Shown: positions 43,030 through 52,108, counted from the first letter of the stretch. The stretch is DNA of 64,000 nucleotides from an uncultured Acidimicrobiia bacterium (GCA_963731815.1 CAVSWW010000011.1:343466-407465); one strand, 5' to 3'. Numbers and translations are program-made. The notes: generated from the sequence alone by a model not told the origin.

Positions 43030-43809
43030 GTGAGCGGCGGGACGTTCCTGGAGATGGCCCAGGACCTGGTGCACGACGCCGGGGCCAAGGCTGCGTTCGA
43101 CGCGGACCCCGACGGGTTCCTGGCCGAGCGCGGCTTCGACGGCCTCACAGCCGCCGACGTCACCGACGCCGTCGGCTTCGTCGCCGACACCCTTCCCGCC
43201 GACGCCGCCCGCCAGCTCACCGAGACGGAGGGCGACGGCGAGGGCCTGGCCCGCCTGGCCCAGCTCGACCCGAGCGACGTCGACTCCGAGCAGGAGCCCG
43301 ACTTCCTCGACAACGACCCGAGCGGGGAGCTGGATCTCCCCGACGAGAGCGCCGCGCCGGACGAACCCGGCACCGAAGACGCAGCAGGAGAGGAGGAGAC
43401 GATGGCAGCGGAGGCCGACGATGACGATCTCGACCCGGATCCCGTGGCCACGCACCACGTGGGGGCAGAGGAAGGTGGGTTCTGGCGGCAGGACGAGAAC
43501 GAGCAGGACCCGGGCTTCGGCGTCGGGTACACCCCGGAGGACGTCGACGACGTGTCGCCGGCAGCGCCGGAGATCGCGAACGTGCTCGACCACCCGCTCG
43601 ACCTGACGCTCGACGCGACGCATGTGCCTGATCTCGCCCTCGACGCGTCCGACCCGATCAGTGAGGCCTTCGCCTACGCCGAGCACGACGACACGGCCGC
43701 GCACCATGCGGACGCCGTCGAGCACGACGCGGGGCACGAGGTGCACGACGCCGGTGCGGACCACCACCACGACGGCGACCACGACGGTCACCTCGACCTC
43801 GACCTCTGA
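43030..43809 (+). CDS. IniB-N-terminal-domain protein with a long acidic disordered region and Asp/His-rich C-terminus
   Basis: GTG 43030 follows GGGAGGAGGAAG. The N-terminus FLEMAQDLVHDAGAKAAFDADPDGFLAERGFDGLTAADVTDAV parallels the N-termini of the two downstream paralogs and my memory of the IniB/Rv0340 N-terminal domain. The rest is Asp/Glu/Pro-rich and ends HHADAVEHDAGHEVHDAGADHHHDGDHDGHLDLDL. Confidence 0.65.
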   Translation: MSGGTFLEMAQDLVHDAGAKAAFDADPDGFLAERGFDGLTAADVTDAVGFVADTLPADAARQLTETEGDGEGLARLAQLDPSDVDSEQEPDFLDNDPSGELDLPDESAAPDEPGTEDAAGEEETMAAEADDDDLDPDPVATHHVGAEEGGFWRQDENEQDPGFGVGYTPEDVDDVSPAAPEIANVLDHPLDLTLDATHVPDLALDASDPISEAFAYAEHDDTAAHHADAVEHDAGHEVHDAGADHHHDGDHDGHLDLDL

Positions 43810-44008
43810 GCCGCCGCCCGAGGGAACGCGTGGGAGCTGGATGGCGGTCTGTTCATCGACGCGTCACCGACCCGCCGCTAGACCGACGCGCCGTCTTCCC
43901 GTATGGTCCCGGCACTGGAAGCGGGGAGTCTTCGATCCGTAGGGCGCGGGCGATCTGCACATCTCATCGTGGCTCCCGGTTCGCGGGAGCACGATCGCAG
44001 GAGGGGAA

Positions 44009-44580
44009 ATGCCGATCACACAGGTGGACATCGAGGGTGCCGAGAAGCTGCTCGAGGACCTCATGGGCAACCAGGAAGCAGCGGAGAGCTACTCGAAGGA
44101 CCCGGAAGGCTGGCTCAACGAGCACGGCTACGCCGACCTGAACCCCGAGGCGGTGGCGCAGTGCGGCGCGGCCTACGGCGGTGCGGGTGTGGCGACCGCG
44201 GGTGCCGGGGCCGCGAGCTCGGGCGTCGCGGGCGTGGTCGCGCAGCTCGACCCGGTCGTCTACAACAACTACTACGAGATCGACAACTCGATCACGAACA
44301 ACATCGAGAACCACGGGGACCTGGACTTCAACCAGCAGATCGGCGACGGGAACGTCAACGTCAACGACTCGACATCGACGGTGACATCCAGACCCAGACC
44401 GGTGACGGGATCCAGATCAACGACTCGGACATCGACAACTCGAACCTGTCCAGTGGTGACGACAACCAGCAGGCGATCGACCAGTCGACGAACACCGACG
44501 TCGACATCGACGTCGGCGCGCCGGAGGTGCCCACGAACGGCGCAACGAACGGCGAAGCCGAGGAGCTGGACCTGACCTAG
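44009..44580 (+). CDS. IniB-N-terminal-domain protein with Ala/Gly segment and Asn/Asp-rich repeat tail, paralog A, one frame break
   Basis: ATG 44009 follows GGAGGGGAA and opens MPITQVDIEGAEKLLEDLMGNQEAAESYSKDPEGWLNEHGYADLNPEAVAQC... This is followed by AYGGAGVATAGAGAASSGVAG, then VVYNNYYEIDNSITNNIENHGDLDFNQQIGDGNVNVNDS. The frame breaks at 44371/44372. The tail IDGDIQTQTGDGIQINDSDIDNSNLSSGDDNQQAIDQSTNTDVDIDV..EELDLT is in frame 1, with a stop at 44578-44580. Confidence 0.7.
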
Positions 44581-44615
44581 GCCGTCGGCTCCGTCCGACG
44601 CCACCGATCACGCGC

Positions 44616-44638
44616 GGCCCCGGACCCGGTCCGGGGCC
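44616..44638 (+). terminator. GC-rich hairpin after iniB-like paralog A (terminator or attenuator candidate)
   Basis: GGCCCCGGA-cccgg-TCCGGGGCC forms a 9-bp stem 36 nt after the stop. There is no U-tract. Confidence 0.4.
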
Positions 44639-44726
44639 GTCGCAAGCTCGACCGTGTGCTGTAAGCGGGCGAGGGGGGTCGGGCTCAGTCCTTCGGACTG
44701 GGACGACCACACAGGAGGGAACAGCT

Positions 44727-45321
44727 ATGCCGATCACGCAGGTGGACATCGAGGGTGCCGAGCAGCTGCTCGAGGACCTCATGGGCAACCAGGCCGAGGC
44801 CGAGGCGTACGCCAAGGACCCGCAGGGTTGGATCACCGAGCACGGGTACGAGAACGTGAACCCGGAGGCGGTGGCGCAGTGCGGTGCCGCGTACGGCGGT
44901 GCCGGTGCGGCGTCGGCGGGTGCCGGTGCGGCGACCTCGGGTGTCGCGGGTGTCGTGGCCCAGCTCGATCCGGTCGTCTACAACAACTACTACGACGTCG
45001 ACAACTCGATCACGAACAACATCGAGAACCACGGGAACCTGGACTTCAACCAGCAGATCGGCGACGGGAACGTCAACGTCAACGACTCGAGACATCGACG
45101 GTGACATCCAGACCCAGACGGGCGACGGGATCCAGATCAACGACTCGACGATCGACGACTCGAACCTGTCCAGTGGTGACGACAACCAGCAGGCGATCGA
45201 CCAGTCGACGAACACCGATCTCGACATCGACGTCGACGGTGGGCTCGAGCCCGTTCGGACGCTCGAGGCCGACGCGCCCGACGCGGCGGCGCCACCCGAA
45301 GACCTCGACGACGTCAACTGA
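44727..45321 (+). CDS. IniB-N-terminal-domain protein, paralog B, one frame break at the homologous site
   Basis: About 85% identical to paralog A by eye, with the same N-terminus and repeats. The frame breaks at 45089-45091 (GACTCG-A-GACATCGAC). The tail DIDGDIQTQTGDGIQINDSTIDDSNLSSGDDNQQAIDQSTNTDLDIDV..PEDLDDVN is in frame 1, with a stop at 45319-45321. Confidence 0.7.
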
Positions 45322-45344
45322 CGGAGCGAGCTCGCGCGCTCGAC

Positions 45345-45369
45345 GCGGCCCCGGATCCACCGGGGCCGC
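45345..45369 (+). terminator. GC-rich hairpin after iniB-like paralog B, upstream of DLP1 (terminator or attenuator candidate)
   Basis: GCGGCCCCGG-atcca-CCGGGGCCGC forms a 10-bp stem 24 nt after the stop and 44 nt before the DLP1 ATG. There is no U-tract. Confidence 0.4.
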
Positions 45370-45412
45370 GCCTCGGCGCGTCGCGCGACTGCGTGAGCCA
45401 GGATGGCGCCCG

Positions 45413-47303
45413 ATGACCACGACCTCTGAGCCCGCGTCGCCGGCCGAAGCCGAAGAGCACCCGACGCCGCCCAGCCCGGCCGTCGACGCGACCATGGCCG
45501 CGCTGCACCTCACGACGAAGGCCACCACGGCCTACGGCCGGGACGACCTCTCCTCGCGGCTCAACATGGCCAAGCGCCGCCTCGACGACCCGGCGTTCCG
45601 TGTCCTCGTGGTCGGTGAGTTCAAGCAGGGCAAGAGCTCGCTCGTGAACGCGCTCCTGAACGCGCCGGTCTGCCCGGTCGACGACGACATCGCGACGTCG
45701 GCGCCCACCGCGGTGCAGTACGCCGAGCAGCTCGGCGCCCGGGTGCTCTACGCGCCGACCGACGACGATCCCGATGCCGAGCCCGAGACGGTCGACATCC
45801 CCGTCGACCGCGTGCGGGAGTACGTGACCGAGGCCGCGAACCCGGCGAACGAGCGGCGCGTCCAGTGGGTGGAGATCGGGGTGCCGCGCAAGCTCCTCGC
45901 GGACGGGCTGGTGCTCGTCGACACGCCCGGTGTCGGTGGCCTCGGCTCGGTGCACGGCGCGATCACCGCCGCCGCGCTCCCGATGGCCGACGGCGTCCTG
46001 TTCCTCTCGGACGCGTCGCAGGAGTTCTCCGAGCCCGAGATGACGTTCCTGAAGCAGGCGCTCTCGCTGTGCCCGAACGTGTGCTGCGTGCTGACGAAGA
46101 CCGACTTCTACCCGGCGTGGCGCAAGATCCTGGACCTCGACACCGAACACCTCGCGGCCCAGAAGCTCGACCTCCAGATCCTGCCGGTGTCGTCGGTCCT
46201 CCGGCAGCAGGCCCTCGAGACCGAAGATCGGGAGCTCAACACCGAGTCCGGGTTCCCGGCACTCCTCGAGTCGCTGCGCACCGAGATCGTCGGTGATGGC
46301 GAGCGCCGCGGGGTGCAGGCCGTCTGCTCGGAGATCCTCGCGGTCGTCGACCAGCTCGAGTCGCACTTCCGCTCCGAGGAGAAGGCGCTCGGTGGCACCG
46401 CGGAGAGCGCCGCCGAGCTCCAGCGCGACCTCGACCTGGCCCGCGCGAAGTCGGAGAAGCTCAAGAGCCAGACCGCGCGGTGGGCCCAGACGCTCAACGA
46501 CGGCATCGGCGACCTGAGCTCCGACGTCGACCACGACCTCCGCGGCCGCTTCCGCGAGATCATCCGCGAGGCCGACGAGGTCATCGAGGAGGGCGACCCG
46601 GCCGAGTTCTGGGAGGAGTTCGAGCCGTGGCTCTACCGCCGCACGGCCGAAGACGTCGTGTACTCCTTCCGTGTCCTCCAGGGACGCGCGGAGGAGCTCA
46701 GCGCGCAGGTCGCGGACCTGTTCGAGGTCGACCAGGAGGAGCTCGCGTTCCACCCCGACCTCATCGAGGGAGGCAGTGCGCTGGGTCGAGCCAACGCCAC
46801 CGCGTCGGCCGAGTTCAAGATCATGACCAAGGGCCAACGGATGATGACCGGCTTCCGCGGCGGGTACATCGGCGTGCTGATGTTCGGCGCGCTCGGTTCG
46901 ATGATCGGCCTCGCCATCGGTGCGCTGCCGGTCGCGGCCGGCCTGTTGATGGGCCGCAAGTCGCTGCGCGACGAGCAGGAGCGGCAGCTCAGCATCCGGC
47001 GCACGACGGCGAAGAACGCGATCCGCAAGTACCTCGACGAGGCGCAGTTCCTCGCAGGCAAAGAGCAGCGCGACACGCTGCGCCTGGTCCAGCGCCAGCT
47101 CCGCGACTACTACAGCACGCCGCGCCGAGGAGCTGCACCGCTCGGTCGCGGAGGCAGCCGGCGCGGCGGCGCAGGCACTGAAGTCCGACGAGGCGACGCG
47201 CACCAAGCGCCTGAAAGACGTGCAGTCGGAGCTCCAGCGGATCCTCGGGCTGCGCAAGATGGCGCTCGAGGCCCGTTCGATGGCGACCGAGGAAGAGACG
47301 TGA
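45413..47303 (+). CDS. iniA: dynamin-like GTPase with membrane hairpin (IniA-like), one frame break
   Basis: ATG 45413. GTPase motifs are G1 GEFKQGKSSLVNALL, G3 LVDTPGVGG and G4 TKTD. It has a long helical stalk and a hydrophobic paddle, GGYIGVLMFGALGSMIGLAIGALPVAAGLLMG. An extra base near 47118 breaks the frame. The tail RAEELHRSVAEAAGAAAQALKSDE..LEARSMATEEET is in frame 3 with a stop at 47301-47303. Total length is about 630 aa. The gene symbol rests on architecture and context only. Confidence 0.75.
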
Positions 47304-48766
47304 GCGACGCCCTGCTCGCGCGGGTGAAGGGGCTGCTCGACGACGCCGTCGGCGTCTACCAGGGCACGGAAGTCGCCGATCGACTGGCGGCCCAGCGGGC
47401 CCGGCTCGACGAGCCGCTGCGCGTCGCGATCGCCGGCCGCGTGAAGGCGGGGAAGTCGACGCTGCTGAACGCGCTCGTCGGCGAGCCGCTCGCGCCGACC
47501 GACGAGGGCGAGTGCACGCGCATCGTCACCTGGTACCACGACGGCGTCACCTACCGCGTGACGATCCACCCGCGGCAGGGCGAGGCCCACCCCGCGCGCT
47601 TCGACCGCCTCGACGACTCCGTGGTCGTCGACCTCGCCGGGCTCTCGCCCGACGACGTCGAGCGTCTCGACGTGGAGTGGCCGTCGTCGTCCCTCCGCGA
47701 GATGACGTTGATCGACACGCCGGGCATCGGCGCGCTCTCGGCCACGCCGTCGGCGGCCACCGTCGAGTTCCTCACCCCGGGTGAGGGGCGCGAGACCGAC
47801 GCCGACGCGGTGCTCTACCTGATGAAGCACCTCCACACGACCGACGTCGACTTCCTCTCGACGTTCCACGACGAGGAGGTGTCCCAGGCGACGCCGGTGA
47901 ACGCCGTGGCGGTGCTCTCACGCGCCGACGAGGTCGGCGGCGGACGGCTCGACTCCCTCGAGTCGGCCGCGACGGTCGCGGCCCGGTACGCACACGACGC
48001 GAAGGTGCGGCGCCTCGCGCAGACGGTCGTGCCCGTCGCCGGGCTGCTCGCGCAGACGGGCGTCACGCTCCGCGAGGCCGAGTACCAGGCCCTCGCGACC
48101 CTCGGACGCGCACCCGCCGACGACGTCGACAAGCTCCTCCTCTCCGCGGACCGGTTCGCCAACTCCGATGCGCACGTGGGCCTGACGACGATGGAGCGCC
48201 AGGCGCTGCTCGAGCGCTTCGGGCTCTTCGGCGTACGGCTCGTCGTCCATCTGATCCGTGAGGGCACGGTGACGAACGCCGATGCGCTGTCGAAGGAGCT
48301 CGAGTCACGCAGCGGGCTGCCGGAGCTGCGCGACGTGCTGCTCACACAGTTCGCCGAGCGGCGCGACCTGCTGAAGGCGCGCTCCGGCCTGCTCGCAGTC
48401 GAGTCCGCGGCCCGCGCCGATGGCCGCCCCGGATCGGACGCGCTGCTCGCGGACGTCGAGCAGATCACCGCGGGTGCGCACGAGCTGGCCGAGCTCCAGC
48501 TGCTCGCGTCGCTGCGAGCCGGCTCCGTGGACGCGAAGCCCGACGACCTGGAGGCGATGGAGCGTCTCGTCGGTGGCGAGGGTGCGACCACGCCGGCGCG
48601 CCTCGGGCTGTCGCCCGACGCCGACGCCGACGCGGTGCGTGCTGCGGCCGGCGCGGAGCTCGCGCGCTGGCAGAAGCGCGCCGAGAGCCCGATGGCGACT
48701 CGGGAGGCGGCGGACGCGGCGCGACTGCTGTGCCGGACCTGCGAGGCGATGCTCGCCTCGGCCTGA
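47300..48766 (+). CDS. iniC: dynamin-like GTPase without TM segment (IniC-like)
   Basis: GTG 47300 overlaps the DLP1 stop (GTGA). G1 is GRVKAGKSTLLNALVG, G3 is LIDTPGIGA, and a G4-like SRAD is present. The gene is intact at 488 aa. The gene symbol rests on architecture and context only. Confidence 0.75.
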   Translation: MSDALLARVKGLLDDAVGVYQGTEVADRLAAQRARLDEPLRVAIAGRVKAGKSTLLNALVGEPLAPTDEGECTRIVTWYHDGVTYRVTIHPRQGEAHPARFDRLDDSVVVDLAGLSPDDVERLDVEWPSSSLREMTLIDTPGIGALSATPSAATVEFLTPGEGRETDADAVLYLMKHLHTTDVDFLSTFHDEEVSQATPVNAVAVLSRADEVGGGRLDSLESAATVAARYAHDAKVRRLAQTVVPVAGLLAQTGVTLREAEYQALATLGRAPADDVDKLLLSADRFANSDAHVGLTTMERQALLERFGLFGVRLVVHLIREGTVTNADALSKELESRSGLPELRDVLLTQFAERRDLLKARSGLLAVESAARADGRPGSDALLADVEQITAGAHELAELQLLASLRAGSVDAKPDDLEAMERLVGGEGATTPARLGLSPDADADAVRAAAGAELARWQKRAESPMATREAADAARLLCRTCEAMLASA

Positions 48767-48769
48767 CGA

Positions 48770-49472
48770 TCAGCCCTGCTGGGTGTCGGCCGGGTTCGGG
48801 AGCACGGCGAGCACTTCAGCCGGTGGCTCGGGGATCGGCTCACCATCGGGCAGGAACGCGATCTCGATCACGTCCTGGTCATCGGGCTTGTAGTCGGCGG
48901 GGTTCCCGTCCTGCTCCTCGCCGTTCACGGCCCACCGGACGTTGCCGGGACGCCCGTCGGGGCACGGGTCGCCGTTGGTCACGTTGAGGTCGGCCCACAG
49001 CGGTGAGGTGGTCGTCGGCGACCTCCCAGCCGCCGTAGTCCATGAACCGTCCGACCGTCGCCCCGTCACCGGCCTCCTCCTCGGTGAACGGGTGGATGTG
49101 CAGGAGACCGTCGCCGTGCGAGTGGAGACCGGCCTTGGTCTCGGTGCCGGCCTGGACCTCGAACGTGGGCGCGTTCTCGGCGGGGAACCCGCAGATGCTG
49201 ATGCCGAGCGCGGCGTGGATGTGGTCGCCGATCGCGGGCTCGTCGGACTTCGTGAACTGCTCGTACAGCTGCCACGCGGCGACCAGCACCGCGATCCCGA
49301 TGATCGCGACGAAGGCGTACGTACCGAAGCCCTTGCGCTGGACCTTCGGCTTCTTCGGCTTCCCGCGCTTGGTCGTGGGGCGCGGCGGCGGCGTGGGCAC
49401 CGGCTGCTGCGGCGTGCCGCCGCCCGAGGCGGGCGGCGAACCGGGCGGTGGCGTCGGGGGCGGCTCGGACAC
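48770..49472 (-). CDS. single-TM protein with Pro-rich N-terminus and His-rich extracytoplasmic domain, one frame break
   Basis: GTG 49472 opens VSEPPPTPPPGSPP..KRGKPKKPKVQRKG, followed by the TM helix FGTYAFVAIIGIAVLVAAW, then DHIHAALGISICGFP..LHSHGDGLLHIHPF. The break lies near 49010. The tail SPLWADLNVTNGDPCPDGRPGNVRWAVNGEEQDGNPADYKPDDQDVIEIAF.. is in the ORF 48770 frame. It is convergent with iniC, 3 nt apart. Confidence 0.55.
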
Positions 49473-49482
49473 GGCCCGGAGC

Positions 49483-51984
49483 CTAGGTGTCGGCGGCGGC
49501 GAGGGTCGTGCGAAGCCCGGCGAGCAGCTCGGCGCGACTGGTCGCGCCGAGCTTCTGGCGGATCCGCGCGACGTGGTGCTCGACCGTCTTGGGCGAGATG
49601 AACAGCATCGCCCCGATCTCCTTGTGCGTGAGCCCGTCGACGACGCACGCCGCGACCTCGCGCTCGCGTGCCGAGAGGACCGTGCCGGTCGGCGCGCCCG
49701 ACTCGTCGACGACGGGGAGCGTCCCGTGCAGCTCGCGGGCGCGGCCCAGCAGCGACGCGTGTCGCATCCGCGTCGTCGGCGCGGATCGCGGCGTGTCCGA
49801 CGAGCCGGGACGCCTCCCAGACGAGGCCGGCCTGCTCCAGGCCCTCCACGCCGGTGTCGAGCATCGTCGAGTCGCCGGCGACGACGCCGCCCCACGCCTC
49901 GGCCGCCGCGTCGAGCCCGGCGAGGCGTGGATGCGCCGGCTGCGTGGCCTGGACCGCGACGACTGCGTCGCCGAGCGCCGCGTGGTCGTCGGCTGCGATC
50001 GCCGCTTCGAGGCGTGCCCACGCGAACGGGCGCATCCAGAGCCCCGGCCGATCGAGGCCCTCGACGACCGCCTCGAGCTCGGCCTCCCGCTCGCTCATCA
50101 CGTCGCGCTGGCGGAGCCGGGCCGCGGCGACGAGGAGCTCGGTGAGCGCGGGGAGGAGGTAGAGGTCGCCGCGCGTCGCGGCGATGGCCGGCGTCGCGCT
50201 GTCCCAGGCCGACGTGAGGCGACCGACGTCACCGAGGCGACGGGCGAGACCGACCGAGAGCGCGGCCCGGAGCAGCGCGTCGCGCGTCGTGCCCGGCCCG
50301 CGGGCCTCATCGAGGACGCGCTGCACGCGGTCGTACCGTCCCGCACGCAGCGCGGCGAGACCGGCGAGGAGCCGGTGGCGCATCGCGGCCGCGGGACCAC
50401 CCACGCCGGCGTCGAGCGCGCGGGTGGCCAGCAGCTCGGCGCCGTCGCTGTCGCCCGTGACCAGCGCCACGAGTGCTCCCAGCGCGTGCGGCGTCTCCGG
50501 CAGGACGGTCGTGGCCGTCCCCGCCTCGAGCAGGTCCGCGGCCTCGCCTGCGGCCCGCCGGGCCACGACGACGTCTCCGGCACTCATCGCGACGGCGACG
50601 TCCCCGAGGAGTCGCGCGACGTCGGCGGCGAGCGTCCCGGGCGCCGTGAGTGCGGCGGGGCCGCTCGCGGGACGGCCGACGGCCACGCCGGCGACCGCAC
50701 CCAGGGCGCGGATCGCGTCGTCGGGCAGGCTCGGGTGCCCGGTCGTCGTGTCGTACGCGCGCCCCGCACGTGCCCACAGGCCGCGGCGCGCGAGCACGCC
50801 GGCGAGCACGATCGCGCCCCGCGCCACCGAGTCGGGCGGGCCGGCCATCGCGCCGTCGGCGAGGGCGACCGCCGCGTCCTCGTCTCCGGCGAGCGCGGCC
50901 GCCTCGGCTCGCGCGCCCCGAGCGCATCGGCGTCCGCGCCCGCGTCGACGGCCCGCTCGAACAGCTCCGCCGCGACCTCCGGCGCGTCCGCGAGCTGCGC
51001 TTCGCCCGCAGCCACCAGCGTGTCGGCCACGTCGGAGCCGCGCGCCTCCGACGCGACGAGATGCTCGGCGACGTGCGCCGGCGGAGCACCACGCGCGGCG
51101 AGGAGCTCGGCGAGGCGGCGGTGCATGTCGCGCCGAGTGGCGGCGTCCGTCCGCGCCTCGACCACCGACGCGACGATCGACACCGGTTCGTCGTGGCCAG
51201 GGACGAGCACACCGACGCAGGTGAGCTCGGCCCACAGGTTCGGCACGTCCTTGGGCTTCACGCCGACGAGTGCCGCGAGCAGCTCGTCGTCGGGACCGGT
51301 GCCGAGGGCCAGCGCGACGAGCGCCTCACGCGCTTCGGGTGACAAGTCGCTGGTCGCCGCGACGACGGTGTCGGTCGCGGCGACCGTGAGCGCGTCCTCG
51401 TCCTCGTCCTCGGGCCACGCGGCGGCCAGCGTGTCCACCAGTCGTGCGTGTCCGGCCGTCCGGTCGAGCAGCGCGTCGACGACGCCCGCATCGAGCTGGT
51501 GACCGGCGACGCGCGCGGCGCGCTCGGCCACGTCCGCGTCGTCGAGGGGGTCGGGCGCCACGATCGTGCCCGCGCGCGCGACGGCTCCGACGATCTCGTC
51601 GCCGTCGCGCGGCACCGCCGGTCGTGTCGCCACGATCACGCCGACGTCGCGCTGCGCGGCGTCCTCCGTGAGCGCCGCGAGCACGCGGCGCGACGCGTCG
51701 TCGAGCCAGTGCGCGTCGTCGACGACGAGCACCGCCCCGGCGCAGCGCTCGGCGAGCTGCGTCCGACCCGAGCGTTCACCCGAGGAGCCCTTGCCCGGGA
51801 CGTTCCCGTCGAAGAGATCCTCGAACGCGGCGAAGCGCACGTCGCGATCCGCGCGCCGTCCGGCGACCCGGACGGCGCGGATGTCGCGTGCTTCGAGCGT
51901 CTCGACGATGCAGGTGAGGGTCTCGGTCCGCCCGGTGCCGTCAGGCGCGACGAGCACGGCGACGGGGAGCGGCGCGTCGCCCAC
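49483..51984 (-). CDS. large P-loop NTPase / helical-repeat / LuxR-HTH regulator (LAL or STAND type, IniR-like), two frame breaks
   Basis: GTG 51984. It has a degenerate Walker A (VLVAPDGTGRTETL) and Walker B (AVLVVDDAHWLDDAS), followed by about 550 aa of Ala/Leu-rich helical repeats and a C-terminal LuxR HTH (LSAREREVAACVVDGLTHKEIGAMLFISPKTVEHHVARIRQKLG). Frames switch near 50930 and 49770. Total length is about 833 aa. Confidence 0.75.
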
Positions 51985-52108
51985 GACGCGCGCGGCGGTC
52001 CGCTCGACGTGACCCGGCCAGCCGCGCCATCACGCAGCTCCGACCGCGGTCGCGATCCCGCGAGTCCCCGCCGCGCTCCCCACGACGCGAATCCCCACCA
52101 CGAAGACC

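Larger units (their letters stand above)
44009..45369 (+). repeat. tandem duplication (period 718 bp) of the iniB-like gene plus its downstream hairpin
   Basis: The ATGs at 44009 and 44727 open near-identical sequences (ATGCCGATCAC[A/G]CAGGTGGACATCGAGGGTGCCGAG..). Both copies are followed by a GGCCCCGG..CCGGGGCC hairpin. Confidence 0.85.

Noticed and set aside
44366-45096. Programmed ribosomal frameshifting in the iniB-like paralogs.
   Set aside because: Copy A needs a -1 shift and copy B a +1 shift at the same site. No slippery heptamer or downstream pseudoknot is evident, and indels are pervasive elsewhere. An artefact or mutation is more likely.
45314-47869. 851-aa minus-strand ORF.
   Set aside because: It is antisense to the two dynamin-like genes, so it is a shadow ORF.
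44654-48766. The ORF track shows a single 1370-aa ORF spanning the second iniB-like gene and both dynamin genes.
   Set aside because: The first 250 codons or so are an Arg/Ser/Thr-rich out-of-frame read over iniB-like copy B. The apparent DLP1-DLP2 fusion is caused by the frame break near 47118. In the corrected frame DLP1 stops at 47301-47303 and DLP2 starts at GTG 47300.
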